A DNA stretch of 61,765 bases, filler included, from Platydemus manokwari (lineage: Eukaryota): NCBI GenBank assembly GCA_037951405.1. It is 4 parts of 4 records of this genome, joined end to end, with 100 filler letters (N's around TTAATTAATTAA, not from the genome) between each part and the next. Parts side by side here need not be neighbours in the genome. Positions count along the whole stretch, not along the records: positions 1 to 22,737 come from JBBMOY011178099.1; 3 more parts are not named here. One strand, 5' to 3'. The notes under the pieces were generated by a model. It ran no database searches, was not told the DNA's origin, and saw nothing but the letters and a program-made list of their open reading frames with translations. Both the position numbers and the translations under genes were made by a program. Positions within the stretch are counted from its first letter, which is position 1, and each line of letters opens with the position of its first letter. Shown in pieces: positions 12,021-22,837 of this stretch.

Positions 12021-15000
12021 TTACATACTAGAATCACGCTTTCCGAAAATTGTCAGATTTTTCATTGGTAAAATAGCTAGACTAATCAACCAAATTAAAA
12101 GATAAACCGCTTGGAGAAAGACTCCAAAGGAATAATAGAAATATCTCAAATTATCGTAGTTATACGAGTCTCTCATTTGTGCAACTTGATAAAAGATTAG
12201 ACCATGCATGAGTTCTAAGGGATAAATAGCGATCATTATTAATAATCCACCTCCTCTTTTTGGTAGAAAAGTTGCAGCACCGGTCAGAGTCAACGATAAT
12301 GACACAACAACAGTCATTGGTACCAAAACGAAAAATCCTGCCCCATAACCCATTGGTAAAAGGCTACAAAATAGAAAATACAGAGCAGAAAATATACATC
12401 TGCTTACGTGGCACGATTGATTGATATTAAAGCTATATCGAACATTGCTCCGATGAATATCAGAGTCATAACTAAATAATTCAATTTCATGGCAAATTAG
12501 CTAAAACAACTCACAGCAACAGATTATTACCACGGTTGTCAAAATCGAATCGAAAAACCTGAATGTCCAGAGATTGATGTTTACTGTTTGTACGAATAAT
12601 ACAAGCTGCATACCTCCAAGTAGAAGAGTATATGTAGTAATAGAATAAAGAGTTAGAATGCCCCAAGACTAGATGGATGAATTATATTTCCGAATGCAAA
12701 ATGGTTTCAACTTACCAGATATTCACTGCCTATGCGTGATGCTAGAACCATTTTAAGGAAATTTACAACCGGTGGTTGTAATAACAGAATATTAAACCAT
12801 AAAATTATGAGAAGGCAAACGGATTGACGACTGAAAATAATTTAATCTGAAATCAATATAATAATTCCAAAAAATAAAACTAAAATCAAATATTTCACTA
12901 TTTGAAAATACTGGATCTTAATCGTTAAAAATTTTCGATAACATTTTTTGAAACCATTTATCGAAAGTAATTCAATGAATGATAAACGAAAGTGATTTTT
13001 AAATAGGTGTTCAACATTGTAGATATTCAAATAAATTTAGACCTGTGAAGTCATTGATTCTGGATTTCATTTATGAATTGATATCCTCTTCTTCATTATA
13101 CTAGAAATTGCAGCCTCCTAAAGTGGAATAGCTAAGCAAATGCGACCAGAGGTGGTTTACATATTGAGCTGAATATTTTTTTATGGAATAATTTATTGAA
13201 AGGGAATTTATATTTGTATTGTGACGAATAACTCCATTTGATAAAAGTATTAAACTTATCATATTACATTATTTGATATCAATAATGGTTTAAAAATACT
13301 TCTCCATTATTTCTGAATAATTTTTCAACTTTTAAGGTAATAAAAGAGACATTTCAATAGCTCTAAATAAACAATAGGCTTGTTCTAGTTATTATCATTA
13401 AAGTTGTAATATATTGTTGATATCACTAAAGTATTTTCGACTTGATTAATAGTTTTAGGGAAAAATTAACATTATTTTTAATATAATGTATTACCAAGAT
13501 GTTAGGTTTCATCATTTATCAAGTTATTTACAGTTATTTTTTGTTTTAAATTATGAATTTCATAAAGGTCTTGGATAAAGTCAAGAATAGGAGTCCTAAA
13601 ATAAAATTTTTCATTTATTGAGTATATTGCTAAGATATACATTTAACTATATTCTTTAAAAACATTTTGAATTTTTTATTTAAGTACTTAAGAAGGATTT
13701 TAGTTGTTTGAAATCAAATATTAAACACACCAGAACTTCAAAATTTCCTAAAATTTGATTATTTGAAAAAGGTATACAAGTTTTATTGAAAAAAAATTAT
13801 TGAAAATTATCGAGGACTCCTTTTTTAACATTTGAAGCAAATTTAGAGATATTCTCAAATTTGCAATTATTTTACAAAACTAAGCAATGTTATTGTTAAA
13901 CATGTCTGTATTTAGGTAATTCGATCTATAATAATTTAAATTTAGAATCTCAAATAACATAGACGTGTTGTTATTATAATAGGAATTTGGTTTTAAAACT
14001 ATGTTTGTAACTGTTAGACATACTAAAAAGTGAGATATTGACTGATTTATAAATTGTTATAAATAATTAAGTTATAAAATAATCTCAAGCGCAAAAAATT
14101 CATTATTACTAAAGTAAGTCAAATGGCCCCTTTTCTTAACTTAAGCCAAACTATTTATACGCAATTTATAACAAAACTAAAATCAACTTGAAAACTTGTC
14201 TAATTTGAACCCATTTAAAAGTATTATATTTTCAATTTTTAATTTTTAATATTTTAATTTCTAGTTTTTAACAACTTGTTTTATATATTTTATCAATCAT
14301 AATGAATTGAAAATTGAACAATAATGGATTATTTTTGCTTAATAAAATTCAGAATACATATTAAACGAGAAAATCCATTATTGACGAAACAAAACCTAGT
14401 TCGGATATACCTATAAATGAGAACATAAACCAAACCTGTTGGATAATTACGAAATGTAACCAAACTATGGTTGTATTTTAGTCTTGCCAGAAAACTCACA
14501 AAACAATGCACTTTACCAGTTTATTGATTAATTATTTGGAGATAAATAGATTAATTACCTTTGACTAATGGAATACTTTTTTTAGGGAAATGCAATTTTA
14601 AATCACAGATTTCATACGATTTAGATCTATTTAATTTATTCGATTCACATACTTACATTGGTAGGATATCAAGAAAATTTTTTAATGTAGATTTAAATAA
14701 AAATTTTAAAATCTATTATATCAATGTAAACGTTTGTTTCATAGTTTGAGTGAAATATATTCTGATAATGAATTGAAACAGGTAAGTGATAATACAGTTG
14801 AATAAAGTTGTCATGGATTAAAACATACCATAGAGCGAATTATTAAATCATGAGTCCTAGGTATTATATGGGTCAGTGAAACGAGGTTTTCGATGAACTA
14901 TCTGCTGTGATTGTCAATGGTTCGATCAATAAACCCTCCTAACCACAACAGCTAATACTGAAAAAGCAAAACTTTTCACTACGATTCTATAAATAAATAA

Positions 15001-16273
15001 ATATTTGCTAACTTAGTTGGAGAGACAGTAGTCCACATTTTCGAATAATAAATCCTGTAAACATAAATGATTATCTTATATAAAATCTCGAAAATGCTTA
15101 CAGCAATACCAAAATAATAATAATATTGATGGTACAAATAGTTATGGTTAATACAAGAAGTGTCTGGGATATTTTACCGAATCGATAATATTTTTCCAGA
15201 GCAATACGCATATCATTGGTAATAGGCTTCTCTACTGGCTCAAGTTTTACTGGATCTTTCACAGGATCATTTTGATATTTCCTACCATTGGAAAGCTAAA
15301 ATAATCGTTAATATTTATCATTTTATTTTCTGATTATTACGAAATTTCTTTTGAAAGTGATTTTCACTAGCCCAAACCTGTCACAAAAACAGCTTGACCA
15401 ACCCATCATTATATTCGTAGTATTGCATACTTTCTGGTAAGAAGAGTTGCCTTGCTTGTATCTCACTTCACAATTGGATGTTTCAATAATTGATGCAGTT
15501 CGTACCAGAATCTCATATTTAAATGAGGATGTATTAAGATCGTCTCCCAATACCAAATAAAGTATTTTTGAACTCATTTTAATTGCAAGAGACGCATAAT
15601 TTGTTGAGTGTTTATTGTCGACAAATTTTACGTATAATCGTTGATCAATTCCCTGCACATGTTTTACATTAAAAACTACATAAAAACGATTTTGAATTGT
15701 ATTAACCTGCCCGACAAAGCTTGTTTTTGGATTTATATATTTATGATAAATTACGTTTTTCGCATCGAGAAAACTGGAATTTGATGAATTATCGTTATTG
15801 ACCAATAAAGTTTGAGTTACTCGAATCAACCTGTATAATAAAAAAAATCAGGGATGAAAACCAAGACTAAACAACAAGTGTAAATTTTCGATGAATTACG
15901 TGATGACTGTGAAACTGCGATCGAGGATTTTGAAGTGTGTTCACAGCGAATCAATGAGTTTCAGTGCTATTCGGAATTGACTTAAACAATATGAATTGTA
16001 CAACGAAAAATTATTTCCCACTGGCTACTAGTTAAGAAAGAGAAATAACTTTGTTATGTAATAAATATTTACAACTTATTGCTTGATAATTTTATTTAGG
16101 CGGTCATCTTCAGAAAGAACTAATCAGGAATCACTTTTTGAAAATAAGTTTATTAAACTTTATTAAAACATTGTTGAATAATTTATAGAAAAGTACACTT
16201 GTACACGAAGCTGATTAGCAGTACTGTGCGGTAAATAAATTCTTAGAAAATCAATGTTTTCAATTCTGATCAT
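12021..16273 (-). CDS. Divergent adhesion-GPCR-like 7TM receptor (paralog B); 5' end disrupted or unresolved
   Basis: Exons 16024-15945, 15830-15341, 15295-15102, 15054-15013, 12830-12716, 12668-12515, 12471-12408, 12363-12021. Same intron phases as paralog A, with identical 42-nt and 115-nt exon lengths. GPS-like CEVRY...KVC...SSCFCDRFGLVKI. TM3 MQLVLFVQTV vs paralog A MQLYVFFKAV; TM5 FVLVPM vs FILLPS; TM7 YYSFGVFLQAVYL vs FIFCIISVVQTFYL. Confidence 0.7.
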
Positions 16274-16480
16274 TTTTAAATGGAATATTTTTAAGATGTT
16301 ACAAATGAGGTGAAGCTCTATGTACTTTTTTATGATATTTCAAATTATCTGCTTTAAAATTATGCTTTGTTGTTACTTTTAGTTGCCAAAATTTCTTAAT
16401 CCTCGAGATTTCAATAAGAAGTCATTTTTATCAGAATAATAATATATTTATTATTAGATCAATTTTCAAACAAATTTAAA

Positions 16481-16775
16481 AATTTCAAAATTAAAATTTG
16501 TTCATCAGATTTGTCTACATTTTTTAAATTAAAATATAAAAATTCCCACATTTTTATATTATATCTTTTTAAATAAAATTTTCAATTTTATTTTAATAAT
16601 TTTAATGCTGAGAGTTTAATAGTATTGATTAGCAAGGTCATTTTTATAAATGTTAATATGGTATGTTTATTTTTAATATAATTTTTTTAATATTTATATT
16701 TCGACTCAATTTTTTTTTAATAATTTTTATCTTATGTAAATATTAATTATCTGTCGTATTTTTAAATAAACCTTA
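16481..16775 (+). repeat. Dispersed ~290-bp AT-rich repeat, copy 1
   Basis: Collinear with 27723-27997 (aatttcaaaattaaaatttg...aaaatataaaaattcccacatt...aaataaacctt). Confidence 0.75.
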
Positions 16776-17109
16776 CGGTCGTCAAGCTCATAGCGCAAGC
16801 CCTTGTGGTCTAAATCGAATCAGTGTCATAGAAACAACAATGATACTATTGATATTAGTACTCCTTATTGGAACTCACTACTTGTAAATTTACATTGTTA
16901 AAATTTTGTGACACCCTCACATATCACATAATTTTATAAAAGTGAATGTTGGTCTTTGTCGAGTCAGGTTGTCTTTAATACTGGTGTTACATGATTTGAA
17001 ATCATTTTACTTGACATAATCAAAAAACACGAAATGAAAATCCATTAATTTGACATTCATATAAGACGACAACATATGGGCTTTATATGATATAAATGAA
17101 TCAAAACCT

Positions 17110-19536
17110 CACATTATCATTCCACACGAGCACGTGTTATCATATCCGTCTTCTGAAACCATGTTATTCAAAAGAGTATAAATGAAAGAAATTAATATAT
17201 CTGGCTCTGAATAGATATGTTCGATTATGTGATACCTAAACGAATAGAATTCCAATCAAAACACACATCGACGTTTGTGATATAGATTTTTACCTAGAAC
17301 TGAATTGGGAATTTGCATTGATAAAATTGAACAGAGAAACGATATAATCTGTCAAATCGAAATCATTCTTTATACTCAGATGTAATACGTTTCTACAATC
17401 TAAATTTTCACTTTCAATAACAATTTTCCAATTGATATGGTTTTGTTGATCAATGCGATTGAATATCCTGGATTAACAAAATTGATTAAAGAAAACCAAA
17501 ATTCTAAAATGAAAAATAAAAAAGTTGATTGCACTCACAAGTCTGACAACAATAAAGATTCAATGCTATCCAAACAAAGGAAATTGAACAACGATTTGTC
17601 GAGGTCCGATTGAGATTTTTTAGATAAAAACTGATACTCTTCTTTCGACAGTGTTGCGTGATATATTTCTAAGAATAATGTTTAGAAATATAATACACCA
17701 TGTATGTGAAGTTTTAAACCTGTAAAGCAATAGAAAATCGATAACCAAGTTTCGTGAGATATACACGACGTAATCCAATTTCGAAGTTCTTTGAGATTTG
17801 TAACTGAATGAAAGAGCAAAATCATTGACTCGATCCATAATCGATCCGTTTCTTGTGGCCATATTTCTTCATTCAATAAATCCAAGAGATGAGGATATCT
17901 ATATGTTTTCTCAATAACGCGTTTTTCAAACCAATCAACGGTTTGAGTTGATTTTTCATTTATGGAATCATTTATATTCGCAACATCAGTCAGATTCATA
18001 CAATATTTTGATTTATTGATATTATTAATATCGCAAATATCCATTATTAATGCGGGAAATAAGGGAAAAATTCTATATGAGAAACAAAGAGTTAACAGTG
18101 TTGATGTCATCGACATGATTTTATCTGAGACTGGCAGAGGCTTTCTCCATTCTGAAATATGTATCGGATTTGACCAGCTATTACTAAACAGATAATCCAT
18201 TTCATCATAAGGCACAAAATTTTCATTAGAGCCATCATATACATCGAAAAATTCCGTGGATTTTGGGGAAAAATTTGGAAAAGTTCCACTCAAATTCAAA
18301 ACATCTAATTGAACGGTAAACAATTTTTGCCAGTGAAGTAAATTTAAAATCAGCCACGATTCACAGAAATTGGACAAGGATTCAAGGAACTCGTCATTGG
18401 AGTTTGTTTTACTGCTTGTTCCAAGATGTTTAAATTTTTCCCTAAACCATATACAGTCAAATAAGGTGTCTGAGAACATTTACCATGCTATGTACACGTT
18501 GGCTTCCAATTCCATGAGGTTTATCTTGGATTGGTTTGTCTGGAATTGTGAAAAATAATTTTCAAAAATAAAAAGAAATGTCACAGAAAGTTAGAATTTA
18601 TTTGAATAACAAGTTAGAGGTAGTACAATTTTTACCAGAAACCTAACGTCCATGTTATGGGGAGGCAGCTGTTTTATTATCGATAATTATACCTATAAAT
18701 ATTGGAACAAGATTCATTTTATTGGGAAAGGTTATCTTTATTTTTATCGAATTTTAATTATCGACAATTATTCTTAATTTCACCACAAAATCAATGACAC
18801 TAATGGATTGTAGCTCATAATTGTATTTAACTGATTTATTCATTCTTTCAAGTTCAATAAAACAAACATCGAACTTTGCTCTTCTAAATAATGGAGATAT
18901 TATTCATTACAACATTCATTTTTCATCATAATCGATAAACACTTTATATATAAAATACAAGAATTATATCTTTAATACAAACAAATGATCGTTATAATAT
19001 TATGACATCATTTTTAAGATATTGAAATATTTATTATAGAAAATTAAATATTCTCAATTGGATGCAGGATCTCTCAATATTATTATGCAATAGATATTTC
19101 TGTATTCAAATTATATAGCTATTGGAATTAAGATTATAAAAATATCTGTAAATTATGATTCTACTAAATTAAATTATGTTTATTTTATTAATAGAGCGGG
19201 GAAAAAATTTTAAAAATAATATGAGATTCAAATCATGAATTATATTTGCTTTTAATTCTTGTGGATTTTAAAGTTCCGATAAAGACTTAAATATACGTAA
19301 AATCTAATCAATACAAAAATATAATTACCGATAATAAGAATGGCTTATAATCGTATAAAACAATTAACCATGAAAAACTAAATTAAAATGAACTTGTCGA
19401 ACCAATAAGGAAACCCATAGTAAGTGAAGACCGAGTTACATATATGGAAAAATAAGTAAATCGCCGATATTAACGTATTATTATTGTTGTCATTTTTATT
19501 TTATTATTATTAATATTATTATTATTATTATTGATA

Positions 19537-19568
<32 letters not shown>

Positions 19569-21650
19569 TAAGCCAAGAACCAAAAGTAGAGAGAGAATTA
19601 TTAAAGATTCTTCGACCACTTGACAGTTAATAATTGATAGATAATAAAAATCAACTGACCTCATCAAAATGTTTAGCACAACTTTGAGCAAATGTCAAGC
19701 CTTCGTTCATGAATATATTATCACGAGAATTACGAGAAAAGGAATCCATCGAACTTATAGAGCTAATAAGATCCATTTGTGAAATATATTTCGATGTTTT
19801 ATCGAACAGTGTTTTCAGTATTTTAGGTGCTCTTCTCTTTAAATTATCCGATGCTTGCATTTTGATTGAGGACGATACATCTAACAGAAATATCGATTTC
19901 CAAAATAGAAATTAAAATCTATCCGAAAACAATACCTGATTCCGCTGAAAGATCATTGGACGATTCTCCATTAAAATCATTGACGCCAATATTACAATTT
20001 CCTACTGGCATAATCATATCTCCTCGAATTGAGCAATACAATTTTTGATATTCTTCATTGTCTCTGATCTCCACTTGCAATTTATTGGCTTCTACGAATC
20101 TGTATTCCAATTCGGCAGCCTTTTCGACAATTAAAGTTAGAAGATTGGGAGTAAATGTATTGTAAATATTTCGAATTTCCAAATTGTCTTCCTGTATCAT
20201 ATAATTATCAGAATCGGAAGTGAGAGATAGAAACAAATCTATCGCTGATTTCGGATCACTATTTTCATTAATGATTCTAATCAAAGCCTCACTCATCGAG
20301 ACAATGGAAACAATGACTATTTCTCTAATATTAAAATAAAAATTATCCAATCAAATCATTGAAAACTAGTGAAAGGTATATTTAAACTAGCATACATATG
20401 GTATAAGTATATATAAAACTATAGAAGTGACTTTCACAAGAAATAAAATGCAATTCTTGTTTTATAAAAAGCTTTAAGAATTTTAAAAGATAATTTATTA
20501 AATTTCTATATTTATTATGATTATTATAAAGACCAATAAATGTTTGATAAAAAATCGGCCCGCTGGTATGCGCTTGACATATAATGAATCCATGCGATTC
20601 ACATTGTGAGATGACGGCAACCAAAGCAATACTGAAAAAAACCGAGAACATTTGGTCATGCCTAATGTCAAAAATTATCAATAACTTGCAAAATCAAATC
20701 GAATAATTTTTATTGATTGCAGATGTGATAGTAATGGATATTAATGATCACTTCTGATAATCTATCCTTAAATTATATATTGATTTTAGTTACTACTTTT
20801 ACTATGTATAATAAAACAGAAATATTTCACATAAAAATCTATAATATCGTTATATATCGTTATCGATCGTTATATATATCGTTATATATTCAGAAATATT
20901 TCGACATAGTAGTTGGAATACTTAAGCTTGTAATTATTGGAAATTAAACGACCGGCAATTACGATAATTAGTCAATCGATAGACCGATTACAAAGATTAT
21001 TTTATCAGTTAGAATCGTGTAGTAACTTGAGTCCACAATTACCTGATTGGCTCAATATGATACATTATTCTATGACTCAGTATATCAGTATTCGATTTCA
21101 TAATAATTCATCAAATAATTTAATAACATAATAATTTAAAGAGTACCAGTAGTAGATATGTTCTAGTAATCAATTATTTAGCACAATACGCCATAAAAAT
21201 AAATAAAACGCAACAATTCTCAAATGCAATATACCTTTGAAAACTCAAAATCATTATTCCGTGATTGGAATAAATAGTTTTCGTTAAATTGGTGCCACAA
21301 TCGATCGTTATCAAGCATGATTTTAAAATTAAATCAATTACAAATATCAGCCCTCCAATATCACCGGCAAATATGAGATTATTTCTAAAAATACGAAAAG
21401 TATAAGAAAAAATAAACATATATGATGCATTTAAATGAATATCGACAATATTAAACAATGTTGAGAAAACACTTCTGAACTCAAACTTCAGATCCCGATA
21501 TTGGATCGTCTTTGTCGGTTTTGTATGACAGTAACATTTCAATTTTATTTCTAACACACTAATATGGAAAATGAAATATTTCAAAAATAATTCCGAGGTA
21601 TCCGCAAATATAATTGGGAAGCCATCTCCAAAACAGCCGTGGCATCGATC
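17110..21650 (-). CDS. Multi-exon gene(s) with WD40-like N-terminal blades and a helical C-terminal region; tentatively HPS5/TECPR2-like
   Basis: Same-strand coding blocks 21174-21584, 19919-20350, 19651-19860, 17682-18479 with canonical splice sites. HTKPTKTIQY...LIFAGDIGGLIFVIDL...IMILSFQR resembles the HPS5 blade H...VTALCW...VFVGDHAGKV...LLISSLTR. Boundaries are approximate, and it may be more than one gene. Confidence 0.45.
19501..19570. repeat. (ATT)n microsatellite
   Basis: Direct sequence; produces the spurious poly-Asn ORF. Confidence 0.9.
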
Positions 21651-22737
21651 CCGATTGAAAATGTTTAGCTAAACACTTTCGGCACCAACCCTATGATATT
21701 ATCAAACTTATTTATCAACTTTTAACTAATAAAGGCATGAAAATAACTTCAAAGATTTCCGAGAAATTATTCCATTTAAAACACACTTGTTCTTAGAAAA
21801 AGAAAAGACGCAATTATATATTAAGTTTAAAGTAATGGTTCAAGATCGATTTTTTGCATACAGTTTAACAGTAGTCATAAAATTAATTTTCTACTTATCA
21901 GTAAGATTTGAATATCAAGATGGGAATATATTTAATATAATTCTAAAGTTAGAAAGGGCTACAACAATTAGACCATTTGGATATTTCTGTTGTGATTATC
22001 AATTACCTCATTAATAAACCTTTGCAAATTTTAATTATCTTGAACACTTACTTCCAATGTACTAAAAGGCTATAATCAATAACTTTCAAACATATCATAG
22101 AATCATATTATGCAGCACATTAGAAACTACCTGAAATACTGTTCTCGATAAAGCTTGTTTCAGTAAAGAAAATAAAGATTTGTAACGATAATATGTCGTA
22201 AGACAAGTGTATTACAAACCTCTTCTATCAATTCCAAATATAAAAGTGATTTTTACTATCACGAAAACAAAATCCAAAGAATAAAACCACCAACCAACTA
22301 AGTGAAAATTGGAGCAATTAAATCGATATTGATTTTCATTTTTCGATAAGAAATCAAAACATGTTCGTTAAATGAGAATCATTTCGTAAAAGATGAGTTA
22401 CAAAAAACAAAAGGCCCACATACAGTTTTAGGTAAAAATCTCCAATTCTATTACATGATTCGATATTTTGTTTGATTCTATTTTAATCTATCAACTTGCT
22501 GAATTTGATTTTCCGCATGGGGATTTTTAAAAAAAATCAAAAAGTTAATTTGATTAGAAATTCATAATTTCGGCATAAATCAATTTCTGTATGTTCCAGT
22601 ATATAGATGGAATAAAATTTTAACAAGACAAAAATGATGGAAAAATAAAAATTCAAATGCCAAACAAAATTACTTAATGGGACACAGCCATTGGAATTGT
22701 CCATTTCCTTCCAGATCATTGTCCGATTTCCTGATAT

Positions 22738-22837
22738 NNNNNNNNNNNNNNNNNNNNNNNNNNNNNNNNNNNNNNNNNNNNTTAATTAATTAANNNNNNN
22801 NNNNNNNNNNNNNNNNNNNNNNNNNNNNNNNNNNNNN
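22738..22837. other. Artificial contig spacer N44-TTAATTAATTAA-N44
   Basis: 100-nt gap with a 12-mer that has stops in all six frames; identical to the two other spacers. Confidence 0.95.

Noticed and set aside
12021-12751. Independent 5-TM gene starting at ATG 12751
   Set aside because: The frame is open upstream to an acceptor at 12830, and the exon length and phase match receptor A.
14609-14781. Sideroflexin-like nested gene (FDSHTYIGR...SDNELKQ)
   Set aside because: Exon phases are incompatible and the downstream HPDTGE/GRMS motifs are absent.
16240-16273. Non-canonical splice sites or an alternative genetic code
   Set aside because: All well-supported genes (PRPS, INTS3, receptor A) resolve with GT-AG introns and the standard code.
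19470-19691. Poly-Asn ORF
   Set aside because: Read-through into an intronic (ATT)n microsatellite after a GT donor.
17620-20048. Overlapping short alternative-frame and antisense ORFs (17620, 17962, 18107, 18370, 19709, 19866)
   Set aside because: Shadows of the minus-strand coding exons.
22782-22793. TTAATTAATTAA as a biological repeat or PacI-like motif
   Set aside because: Always centred in exactly 44+44 Ns; it is an assembly linker.
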